This document shows, one piece after another, positions 39,647 to 48,856 of a stretch of 64,000 bases of DNA. The stretch is taken from contig JBEPZY010000006.1 in assembly GCA_041640595.1 (NCBI GenBank), forward strand, positions 1 to 64,000, read 5' to 3'. Within the stretch, counting starts at the first letter, position 1. Each line of letters begins with the position of its first letter. Origin of the DNA: Gemmatales bacterium. GTDB taxonomy: Bacteria; Planctomycetota; Planctomycetia; Gemmatales; HRBIN36. The notes beneath the pieces are model-generated. The model ran no database searches. It was not told the origin of the DNA and worked only from the letters and a program-made list of their open reading frames with translations. A program made the position numbers and the translations under genes.

Positions 39647-40513
39647 ATGGTTATGGGCAGGAAGCCCTGGTGGCTGGCCATGATGGCTGTCAGTGTGGTG
39701 CTGGGTTGCCAAAACAGCAGCGGGTCGCGGCGTGCGAATCCGCCGGCCCCGAACCTGTCCGCCAACCCCAATCCATCCCCCAGCACGAGCGTTCCCCGTA
39801 ACGGCAATGCCTACCCGACTACTTCCGGGTGGAATGACCGCCTGCCTGGCTATACAGCGCAGCCTACCAGCGTCCCGGGCACTTTACCGCCTAATCCAAA
39901 CAATCCGGCTGCTCCAGTTAATCCCGGTATTTATCCGCCAGTCCCTGGCAATCCCAGTTCTTATCCCGCCCCCGGTGGAACTCCTATTCAACGGTCGAAT
40001 TACAATCAGCCGACCGGCTCTGCTCCTGGCGCGAATTTTCCCAGGTCCGACGCTTCCATGTTTCCTAGTTCGGCCTCGAACGCCAGGAGCTTTTCCAGTC
40101 CTGACACAGCAGGCAAATCAGGCACCGAGACGGTTAACGGAAATCGCCCAAGCAGCGGATCGTTTTCCGCCAGCCAGCACGCCGATACTGTTCCTTTACC
40201 GCCACTGCCGGGAACGTCTGGCAACGGAACCTTCTCGCCGGGCATGACGAAACCGAACGGCGACACGCAAATGCCCGATAAATACGTGCGCACAACAATC
40301 CCGATGGTTCCTCCGCCGCCTGCCAGTGCCGGCACAGCTCCCCATGTTGGTGGCGCCGAAAGTCCTGGCTCGCAATCTCCCTCCGGCTCGTCATCTCGCG
40401 CGTCAAATAATCCTTCCGAAAGCCTGGCCGTGCCTCCACCGCCTGTTCCAAACAGCAGCGGCAATGCGGAACCCGTGTTTCCAAGCTCACCACCACCTCC
40501 TCCCGTGCACTGA
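39647..40513 (+). CDS. Pro/Ser/Asn-rich low-complexity lipoprotein
   Basis: AAGGAG RBS, signal ending VVLGC, then a disordered P/S/G-rich chain. Confidence 0.75.
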   Translation: MVMGRKPWWLAMMAVSVVLGCQNSSGSRRANPPAPNLSANPNPSPSTSVPRNGNAYPTTSGWNDRLPGYTAQPTSVPGTLPPNPNNPAAPVNPGIYPPVPGNPSSYPAPGGTPIQRSNYNQPTGSAPGANFPRSDASMFPSSASNARSFSSPDTAGKSGTETVNGNRPSSGSFSASQHADTVPLPPLPGTSGNGTFSPGMTKPNGDTQMPDKYVRTTIPMVPPPPASAGTAPHVGGAESPGSQSPSGSSSRASNNPSESLAVPPPPVPNSSGNAEPVFPSSPPPPPVH

Positions 40514-40865
40514 CCAATCGGGGCAGCCTTGCCAGCGTATTCCAGGATTGCTCCGTTGCAGTTGGGATGTGCCGTCACGCTCAGCCGTTTCCTTCATTCA
40601 GCAGTAACTCCTGGCAATCACAGCGAACCGCACAACTACCCTGGCTGATGCGGAGTTAACTCAGCGTGGCACGGATGGGCAGCACCGAGTTACCAGCACA
40701 GTCGTTGCCATTTCGCATCGCGATACGGCTATTTCGCTGGTTCAAGCTGGCAGCGTGTAGAATAGTTTTTGAGGACGATATCCTGGCTGAACCATAGCAG
40801 CGCACGGCCTTACGCCGTCGTTGTGTCAGATGTAAGTCAGCCAGAAGCAAAACCGGAAACATCCC

Positions 40866-41336
40866 GTGAACGCAACCCAGACTGTATTGTCAGCCGAAAC
40901 CGCCGGAAAAGCATTAGCAGAATTACCCACCGATCGCCCGGTGGTCATATACGACGGTCAATGTCCACTGTGCCTGCGCAGTGTTGCTGTTTTGAAACGG
41001 CTGGATGTGTTTGGCCGGCTGGCCTATCACGATGCCCGACAACCTTTCGCTGTTCCTCTGACCTCACCGGCACTCGACCCGGACAAGTTACTGGTGCAGA
41101 TGCACGTGGTCACGCCGGGAACGACACGGCGGCGTTGTTACGGAGGTTTCTACGCCTTCCGCACCTTAGCCTGGTATTTGCCGGCTTGCTGGCCAATCCT
41201 TCCACTGCTTTACTTACCGGGAGCCGCCTGGGTCGGGGAAAGAATCTATGCCTGGATTGCCCGCAATCGCTTTCGGCTCCTGCCATGCCGCGGGAAAGTT
41301 TGCCGATTATCACCACCGCACCATGGGCAAGCATAA
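40866..41336 (+). CDS. DCC1-like (DUF393) thiol-disulfide oxidoreductase
   Basis: YDGQCPLC (DxxCxxC) and YAWIARNR. Confidence 0.9.
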   Translation: MNATQTVLSAETAGKALAELPTDRPVVIYDGQCPLCLRSVAVLKRLDVFGRLAYHDARQPFAVPLTSPALDPDKLLVQMHVVTPGTTRRRCYGGFYAFRTLAWYLPACWPILPLLYLPGAAWVGERIYAWIARNRFRLLPCRGKVCRLSPPHHGQA

Positions 41337-41398
41337 ACCCCGATGCAGCCCACGCCGTCGGTTTCCCAATTCCACCATGACCTGGCCAATTCCTGGTA

Positions 41399-42304
41399 AT
41401 GCCGTCGAGGAGGCCAACCATGTCTGTCCCGGTGCTGGCGCCGGTCTTGGATCGCGAGGAATATGTCGAACAAGCCTACTTCTTCCGCACCTTTGCCGAG
41501 CGCCTGCGCGAAGGTGTCCCCGCACAAATCGCCCTGACGCAAATCCGCGATGAATTGCTGACCACAACGAAATTGCCCCTCGCCCTCGATTACCTGGCCA
41601 CGGAACTGAAACACTCCGGCTTATTAGGAGTCGGAATGAAGCGCTTGCCGCACTATTTCACGCCTTTCCAGGCCTTTGTCGTGTGTAAGGCGGAAGAGGA
41701 AGGCCTGCGCTTCAGCTTCGACCACGCCCTCAAAGTGCTCGAAGGAGAAGCGCGTTATCGCTCGGAAAAACCGACGCCAGCCGGGCTCTTTGTGTACGAG
41801 TTTGAAGTGTTGGCCCGCTGCCAGCTCGGTTATCAGGAGGGCCTCGATTGCATGGAGCAGGACAGTTTCTTCAACGAGGATTGGCGACGGTTCTTCGAAA
41901 CCCTGCGGCGAAGCATGGGTGAAGTCGAGTTCGCCGACCTGATTTATCTGCATTCCGAACAGTACATCCAGGACCAGCAGCGGCTGGGTCGTGAGGGCCC
42001 CTGGCCAACTCCCCTTTTCGGTCTCAAAGAAGGCCGCATCGCCAAAGCCAGTCACGGACGCGATCCGCTCTATCTGTTTGCGGCATTACAACGTCAGCTC
42101 GGCTATCCCGAGGTGCCACGGTTGCGGCCAGCAGCGGAAGAGCGCGGTGTGTTACAAATGCTGGAAAACAAAATCCGTGAGCTGGAGATGCGACTCCGCT
42201 TGCTGGAAGGAGAAGTCCGCGGCCAGATTGACGTAATCCAAAGCCTCGGCCAACCGGAAATCGCCGAACCGCCTCCCAACCCCCTCCACCAGCCGGAAGA
42301 ATAG
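41399..42304 (+). CDS. Hypothetical protein, probably a conserved planctomycete family
   Basis: Long ORF with host-like codon usage; LDREEYVEQAYFFR and DPLYLFAALQRQLGYP. Confidence 0.7.
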   Translation: MPSRRPTMSVPVLAPVLDREEYVEQAYFFRTFAERLREGVPAQIALTQIRDELLTTTKLPLALDYLATELKHSGLLGVGMKRLPHYFTPFQAFVVCKAEEEGLRFSFDHALKVLEGEARYRSEKPTPAGLFVYEFEVLARCQLGYQEGLDCMEQDSFFNEDWRRFFETLRRSMGEVEFADLIYLHSEQYIQDQQRLGREGPWPTPLFGLKEGRIAKASHGRDPLYLFAALQRQLGYPEVPRLRPAAEERGVLQMLENKIRELEMRLRLLEGEVRGQIDVIQSLGQPEIAEPPPNPLHQPEE

Positions 42305-42329
42305 CCAGAGCCGGCAGCAACACGCCTAG

Positions 42330-42750
42330 GACATCGCATCATGAGCCAAACTTCCTGCAAAAACCAGGCCTTGAAACAAGCTCAACAAAATCTCTATCCT
42401 TGTGCTAAACAAACCCACGGGCACCAAAATCGCTTCGTAGAAGAACCCAGTAAACCGGTTCCAGAAACCGCGCCCAAAGCGCTTGAGTTTATCCCACCAC
42501 GGCGATCCCGTGAGGTCGACATAGGTGGCTTATTGAGCACATACTTGCCTTGTACACGTTCGTATCGCCGGCGGTAAGCGACAGCCGGTCCTCGCGCAGG
42601 AAGCGACCCGCTTGCGGATCGTACCAGCGGGCACGGTAGTAATACAGGTTCTGCCGGCACGCTAATAATACAGACTTAGGGCGGCGTCGAGTTCGCGGGC
42701 GGTGAACCTGAACCGGTCGCCCGCTGGTGGACTTGGTTCGTTCAACAGAG
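42330..42750 (-). pseudogene. Degenerate RHS core end plus toxin-tip remnant
   Basis: Frame-broken GDRFRFTARELD..LYY*RA, NLYYYRARWYDPQAGRFLREDRLSLTAGDTNVY, KYVLNKP, YVDLTG. Confidence 0.8.
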
Positions 42751-42993
42751 CGAGAAAACTGGCGTAGCCTAGACCACCGCTTAGCTACTGCTTTCATACA
42801 TCACAGATACGCGGTGAACGGGATGCAGACTCAGCTAACGGCGCACCGTGGGTCGTGTCATCTTCTTGAAATTGGTTCCTCACACCCCTAGCCTAGACGT
42901 GATTCGCCTAAGCATCTATGCAAATCAGTCCGTTATTACCCGACCGGTGATGCCGAGCATTCTTTTGGCATAGAAGACCAGCAAGCCACTGCC

Positions 42994-43311
42994 CTAGGCT
43001 CCGCCGGACCGTGTGCTTTGGATTTCCTCATATAATCGGAGGCCGCAGTGGATGCATCTTCCAGCCACCGTGTTAACATAGCACCATGTGCCATGCAGAG
43101 GCCTGCCACACCGTGGGCAAGGGAAATAAACCCAGCGCAGATTCAGCACTCCCCAAACCATGCATATAGCAATGAACAGTGCACCGGATGCCCAGAAAGG
43201 AAGCTCCAGCCAAGCCGAGACAAACATTAGACCGAACAGCATAGGTATCATAATTACAAACCAAATACGAGCAGCACGTCTTCGCCTTCGATAAACGTTC
43301 CACTCTTTCAT
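42994..43311 (-). CDS. Small membrane/zinc-ribbon protein, candidate immunity protein
   Basis: Two TM segments, CPRCG...CIHCG; lies directly downstream of an RHS tip. Confidence 0.55.
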   Translation of the reverse strand: MKEWNVYRRRRRAARIWFVIMIPMLFGLMFVSAWLELPFWASGALFIAICMVWGVLNLRWVYFPCPRCGRPLHGTWCYVNTVAGRCIHCGLRLYEEIQSTRSGGA

Positions 43312-43436
43312 AGTAGCCAGTCTCCGTGAAGCCGAGCATTTTCTTTATACACACTGTCGGGGTACATTCCACAGTCAGAAACAACCTCACTACTGCTTGT
43401 GACTATCTCCGCCATTGACCAACAGTCTACGCTAGC

Positions 43437-43940
43437 TCAGAACCATTGCCACACCCAGGTTCTTAAGTCCCCCACATGTATCCCGCCACCTACAGTGAAC
43501 GGACTGGGAAGTGTTATGCTGAAACCTTCATACGGTGGAGGAGCCTGCCGGGGCGGCTGTGGATCTTCGATGAGATAGTCAAACCCGCAATACCGAGAAC
43601 TGAAACCTATGTACGTGGTCCAGCCGGAGAGGTCTGCAACAGATTCAGCAGTAGTGACGGTCACATATGGGGATACGCCTCCTCCGAGCCCTACTCCAAA
43701 CTGCGCGCCTCCGGTGAATGTCATGCCGCCACTAAAGCCTTTTTGCCAACTCCAACCGAACGTTATGTCTACATTCACCTGAAAATGCAATATACCCAGG
43801 TATAACTCTCCACTAACGCCCAATCCGATCGTAAGTAGCCCCGAAGGGTCTCTTAATACAACCGGATTATTGAACACATAGCGGTACAAATTCGTATCGC
43901 CGGCGGTGAACGACAGCGGGTTCTCGCGGAGCAAGCGACC
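43437..43940 (-). pseudogene. Orphan RHS C-terminal toxin cassette
   Basis: LLRENPLSFTAGDTNLYRYVFNNPVVLRDPSGL followed by a Gly-rich beta-type tip; no full RHS core upstream. Confidence 0.8.
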
Positions 43941-44121
43941 CTGCTGCTCATGAAACTATAACAAGCAGCCGACTAGCGGATGCCACTTTGGTATGCGACG
44001 CGACTGCGGAGCGCAGGCCTATTGTCATGCATGTTCCGTTTTATGCTTAGGCCCGCCATCGCGTGAGTTATGGCATTTCGCCACTTTTTCGCTCTATTTC
44101 CATGTATGTTTTGTCGTATGG

Positions 44122-44337
44122 TTACGCACCTAGTCTTGCACGATATGCCGCTTCACTAAGCGCTGCAGCTAGTTTCTCCGCATCCTCAGGACGCAGGTCC
44201 ACTTCAATGTCATTGATTCCGAGAACGTTCAGCACTAGCCTGACGTACTTGCCCTCGATAAGGTAAACCCCAATATAGAGCTCCTGGCCTTCTAATTGGT
44301 CGGTGGTCGTATGCGACCAAAAGGGTTGTATACTCAT
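44122..44337 (-). CDS. Small acidic protein, candidate immunity protein
   Basis: AAGGAG RBS; immediately follows a toxin-tip remnant. Confidence 0.6.
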   Translation of the reverse strand: MSIQPFWSHTTTDQLEGQELYIGVYLIEGKYVRLVLNVLGINDIEVDLRPEDAEKLAAALSEAAYRARLGA

Positions 44338-44359
44338 ATCAATCTCCTTGTGGAAGGCT

Positions 44360-44900
44360 CACTTCTGGAAACCCGGCATCGGGTCTCCGGGGACGAATGT
44401 GTCGCGCCTAACTCCGTGATAGTGTATATGCCAATGCGGATCCCTATGCTTTGGCGGGCTGTCGTATCATAAGGATGGGCTTCAAATGTGATTGTTATTC
44501 TATCAGAAGGCTGCCAGACGACCTTATTTCTGCCGGGGGTCACGGGGCTGTCGGGAATGCGCTTACCTTCGATGCCTAACAATCTGTCCATCTCCTCTGG
44601 CGTGCTGGGCCAAACTGTCCGCTGCGTCGGGATTCCTGGTCCGCTACGGGTAAGAACGCGGCGAATGCACCGACCAGCATAGCGACCAGCGTACACAAGG
44701 GCAACAGCCCGCCGTAAGGGCCGATGACTTCTCCCAGTGGTTCCGGGTCGCCGGTAACAATAGCCACCTTGATTTTCTCGTTGGGGCCGGGCAGGCCGAA
44801 CAGCACCTCGTCGAAACTGATGTGCGTTACGATTCGGATAAAGCCAGCTTCGTCGCCGGCGGTTAAGGAGAGTGGGTCTTGGCTGAACGGACGATTGAAC
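44360..44900 (-). pseudogene. Frameshifted RHS toxin-tip cassette (His-rich, putative nuclease)
   Basis: QDPLSLTAGD remnant near 44850-44885; WPSTPEEMD...TPGRNKVVW...EAHPYD, then in a shifted frame KHRDPHWH...PGDPMPGFQK*. Confidence 0.65.
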
Positions 44901-45357
44901 CGCGGGCGGCTACTGTGTTCGACTCAGTTGCATACGGTTTTATAAAAAGCGAATAAGCGGGAGAGTGTGCTACCGAGCCAGGCAACACTAGACAGTGAAG
45001 GCGGCGCCGCTCGGTGATTTCGGTTGATCGATACTTAGGGCTAGCGCTGTTTGCCGGCAGCTGGGACTCATTACAGCAAAAGAGCCGAGAGTTAATCGCT
45101 GGAGCTTGACCTAAGCTACTCATCTATCGGTGAATGAAAGCAGTGTTCTGCACTAATCTAAACGCTGATTCGACAATCGCAGGGTTGAACGCTCGCTGAC
45201 TAACACCGATGTTCTGCACTAAGCTCAATACCAACGTGCCACCTTGCGTACGCTCTGACCTGCCCAACGTGTTTTGGTAACTTGCTGGGGTTTATAGAAC
45301 TTATACGGGCTGAGTACCGGTTGGCCGCTTGTAAGAGCTAAGCTTTCTGTCGAGCGG

Positions 45358-47121
45358 CTACGGTAGGGTTTGTACCAGTTCCTCGGCGAGTTGGTTGGTG
45401 AGGGGGTCGTCGTTGTCGCGGAGGGCCTGGAGGTTGCGTCGCACTCGCCGCGAAGCCTGGGCCAGGAACAACTGGCCGCGCTTCATTAGACTCGCAGCCG
45501 TCGTATCCCTATTTCGCTCAAGCAGCGTATCCAATCGGCTCAGGACACAGGAAGCCAGATACAGATCCGTCGCGGCATCAGCCAGTCGTTTCTGGATATG
45601 CTGTTTCTCGACAATCTCCTCACGATATTGCAGCAGGACCGATTCCACTGCTTTGCCAAAAGTGGCAATATCGCTGGCCAAGCGTGTCGCGGCCTCGGCT
45701 AATTCGGCATGGCGAATCGGGATGTGCGGAGGGCTGAAGTAAATGCGGCGACCGGCAAAGCGAAGTAAGGCTTGCCATTGCTCCCATGGTCGCCACAACG
45801 CTTCGGAAAGCAACCGCAATTGTTGGCCGACCTCGCGCAAACCCACCAGCGCGACAAACGCCCGCAGTACATCATTAGCCCCTTCGCCGATCAGGTTGAT
45901 GCGAGCATCGCGCATCATGCGTTCGTAAGGTTCGTCGCTGAAGTAAGCCTGGCCGCCGAAAATCTGAATTGTGTCGTTGACGATTCGCCACAACGCTTCC
46001 GAAGCGAATACCTTGACCATGGCGGTTTCGAGCATGTAATCGCCGGTCTGGGCATCGAGTAACGAAGCGGCGTGTTGCGTGGCTGATTCCATAGCGAAAA
46101 TGTCGGCGGCCATCCGGGCGAGCTTTTCCTTGACCATTTCGAACCCGGCCAGCGGTTGGCCAAACTGATAGCGGGTAGCCGCATGCCGAACCGCCGCCTG
46201 CAAGCAAACCTTAGCGGCTCCCGTACAAGTCGCTCCGAACGTGATCCGACCGTAATCCAGGGCCGTTAGCGCTAGTTTCAATCCTTCGCCAAGTTTGCCG
46301 AGCACATTCGCCGCGGGCACGGGCATGTGATGGAAAGCAAGCCGGCTGGTAACGGTGCCGCGAATGCCACACTTTGGCATCCGTGCCTCCACGATTTCAA
46401 AGCCGGGCAAGTCGGGGGTAACCAGAAAGGCCGTTACGTGAGTACCTTCACGTCCTGGCACAGGTGCCCGCGCCAGCACAGTGAGCACACCAGCGATGGA
46501 ACCGTTGGTGATATAGCGTTTCTCGCCATCGAGATAATAGACCTGCCCATCCGGGGAAGGCGTGGCCATGGTCTGAACGGCGGCAGCATCCGAACCGGCG
46601 TTGGGTTCGGTGAGGGCGAATGCAGCCAGGATTTCGCCGCGAGCCAGGGGTGGCAGCCAGCGCTGCTTCTGTTCATCCGTCCCGGCCAGCAAGATGACCC
46701 GCAGACCAATACTGTGATGGGCGTTAAGCATGACGGCGATGCTGGCATCCACACTGCCCACTGCCTCCATCACCTGACACGCCGCCGATTGCGATAATCC
46801 CAAACCGCCAAACTCACGCGGCACGGTCAGGCCGAACATGCCCAATCGGGCCAATCCGCGCATCACGGATGCCGGGATGTCCGCCAGACGGTCAATTTCG
46901 AACGGATCGATCTCCGCGTCGGAAAAAGCGCGAAACTCGTGCACCAGGTTCTGCACAGCCTGTTGCTCCGCCGGTGGCAATTCCGGCCACGGAAACATCA
47001 AATCCGAGCGAAACCGGCCAAAAAATAGGCTTCGGGCAAATCCTAACCGCCGCGCTTCCAAACCCAGCACTTCCTCGGCCTGACGAATTTTCGCACGGCG
47101 TTCCTCGGTTTGAACAGCCAT
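45358..47121 (-). CDS. Acyl-CoA dehydrogenase (VLCAD/ACAD9-like)
   Basis: AFALTEPNAGSD, GEKRYITNG, QIFGG, RDARINLIGEGAN. Confidence 0.95.
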   Translation of the reverse strand: MAVQTEERRAKIRQAEEVLGLEARRLGFARSLFFGRFRSDLMFPWPELPPAEQQAVQNLVHEFRAFSDAEIDPFEIDRLADIPASVMRGLARLGMFGLTVPREFGGLGLSQSAACQVMEAVGSVDASIAVMLNAHHSIGLRVILLAGTDEQKQRWLPPLARGEILAAFALTEPNAGSDAAAVQTMATPSPDGQVYYLDGEKRYITNGSIAGVLTVLARAPVPGREGTHVTAFLVTPDLPGFEIVEARMPKCGIRGTVTSRLAFHHMPVPAANVLGKLGEGLKLALTALDYGRITFGATCTGAAKVCLQAAVRHAATRYQFGQPLAGFEMVKEKLARMAADIFAMESATQHAASLLDAQTGDYMLETAMVKVFASEALWRIVNDTIQIFGGQAYFSDEPYERMMRDARINLIGEGANDVLRAFVALVGLREVGQQLRLLSEALWRPWEQWQALLRFAGRRIYFSPPHIPIRHAELAEAATRLASDIATFGKAVESVLLQYREEIVEKQHIQKRLADAATDLYLASCVLSRLDTLLERNRDTTAASLMKRGQLFLAQASRRVRRNLQALRDNDDPLTNQLAEELVQTLP

Positions 47122-47369
47122 AGCACGCTTCTCCGCTCCCGTCGGTTCCCGTTTCAGCTCAGCAAGGCACGTAACCCATCGTTTCCTGGAAGTGTCATTG
47201 TCAACGAAGCCCGATGCTCTTGCCTCCTATGCCATTTTACGCTGTCCGTGCAAGTGCAAATTATCCCCGGCTGGACAGGAAAATCGGCCAGACTGTCGCG
47301 GTGATTGTTAGCGTTCTAAAATGGAGATGCACCGCACGATCCAGTACTTCCTCTAAGAAGAGTCCACGG

Positions 47370-48029
47370 ATGCGGATAGTCCTTTTAGGCCCACCGGGCA
47401 GTGGCAAGGGAACGCAAGCTGAGTGGTTGCACGAGCGCTTCGGATGGTCGCATATCGCTACCGGCGACATCCTGCGGGAAGCGGTACGTCTCGGCACACC
47501 GCTGGGCCAGGCAGTCCGGCCGTACATGGAACAGGGGCTTTACGTGCCGGATGAGCTGGTCAACAGCGTGGTGGCGGAGCGCTTTCGCCGGCCTGACCGA
47601 CCGGAACATTTTGTTCTGGACGGCTATCCCCGCACACGGGTTCAGGCCGAGGCACTCGACGCCGTGCTGGCTGAGATCGGCTTGCCTCTGAATTGGGCCA
47701 TCTGGCTGGACGTTCCTGACGAGGAAATCGTCCGCCGCATCAGTGGCCGACGCAGTTGCCCGAAGTGCGCCGCTATTTACCATCTGCTAAGTCGGCCACC
47801 TCAGCGCGACGAGCTTTGCGACCGTTGCGGCACGCCGCTGGTTCAGCGGTCAGATGACCGTGAGGAGGCGGTCCGCGAACGTTTGCGAGTCTATCACGCG
47901 ACGCTACCGGCCGTGGCAAGCCATTACCGCCAGCAGAACAAACTCCTAGAAATTAGTGGCCTGGGTGAGCCTCAGGAAGTGACTCGCCGAATTTGCCACG
48001 CCCTGCGGTTATGTCCGACTGATTCCTAA
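47370..48029 (+). CDS. adk: Adenylate kinase (zinc LID)
   Basis: GPPGSGKGTQ, LDGYPRT, CPKC...CDRC, RSDD. Start ATG 47370. Confidence 0.96.
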   Translation: MRIVLLGPPGSGKGTQAEWLHERFGWSHIATGDILREAVRLGTPLGQAVRPYMEQGLYVPDELVNSVVAERFRRPDRPEHFVLDGYPRTRVQAEALDAVLAEIGLPLNWAIWLDVPDEEIVRRISGRRSCPKCAAIYHLLSRPPQRDELCDRCGTPLVQRSDDREEAVRERLRVYHATLPAVASHYRQQNKLLEISGLGEPQEVTRRICHALRLCPTDS

Positions 48030-48066
48030 GTGGCCATGCTCAGTCCTACCGGATGGGAATTCACCT

Positions 48067-48855
48067 ATGCTCAAGAAAGTGCAGCAACAGAAAATCGAAT
48101 ATAAACGGCCGGAAGACATCGCCAAAATGCGGGAGGCGGGCAAAATCGTAGCCGCCGCTCTGCGTCTGGCACGCGAGATGGCCCGGCCTGGCGTTCGCAC
48201 TCTGGATATTGACCAGGCCGTCGAAGAGTTCTACCGCCAGCAGGGGGTCGAACCGCTTTTCAAAGGGCATCCAGGGCGGGTACCGTTTCCGGCCTGCTGC
48301 TGTATTACCGTCAATGAACAGGTGGTACACGGCATTCCCGGCCCCCGTGTCTTACGGGAAGGAGACTTGCTGAAGATAGATACCGCTTGCAAAAAAGACG
48401 GTTGGTGTGCGGATGCCGCCATCAGCATTATCGTCGGGGAAGGTAGTCCCGCCATTCGCCGACTCGTTCAGGTGGCTCAGGAAACCCTGGAACTGGCGAT
48501 CCGGGAAATGGGCCGGCGTCAGTGGTGGTCGGAAGTGGCCGCGCTGATGGAAAAGTACGTCAAGGAACACGGGTACTCGGTCGTCGAGAAATACGTTGGC
48601 CACGGCATCGGGCGTACTATGCACGAACCGCCTCAGGTTCCCAATTACACCAACTGGGAGCTTCGCCGCTCGGATTGGCGATTAGAGCCCGGTATTGTGG
48701 TAGCCGTCGAACCGATGGTGAATATGGGGCATAAAGACGTGGTTACTCTCCCCGACAAATGGACGATCGTGACCCGCGACCGTTTGCCCAGCGCTCACGT
48801 CGAGCATACCGTCGCCATCACCGAACACGGTGTCGAAGTGCTGACCCGCGATTAA
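48067..48855 (+). CDS. map: Methionine aminopeptidase type I
   Basis: VVHGIPG, GHGIG..MHEPP, AVEPM, SAHVEHT. Confidence 0.96.
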   Translation: MLKKVQQQKIEYKRPEDIAKMREAGKIVAAALRLAREMARPGVRTLDIDQAVEEFYRQQGVEPLFKGHPGRVPFPACCCITVNEQVVHGIPGPRVLREGDLLKIDTACKKDGWCADAAISIIVGEGSPAIRRLVQVAQETLELAIREMGRRQWWSEVAALMEKYVKEHGYSVVEKYVGHGIGRTMHEPPQVPNYTNWELRRSDWRLEPGIVVAVEPMVNMGHKDVVTLPDKWTIVTRDRLPSAHVEHTVAITEHGVEVLTRD

Positions 48856-48856
48856 C

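Noticed and set aside
45144..45222. 13 bp direct repeat TGTTCTGCACTAA, 66 bp apart (CRISPR-like period)
   Set aside because: Only two short copies, no third unit, no palindrome and no cas genes; not a CRISPR array.
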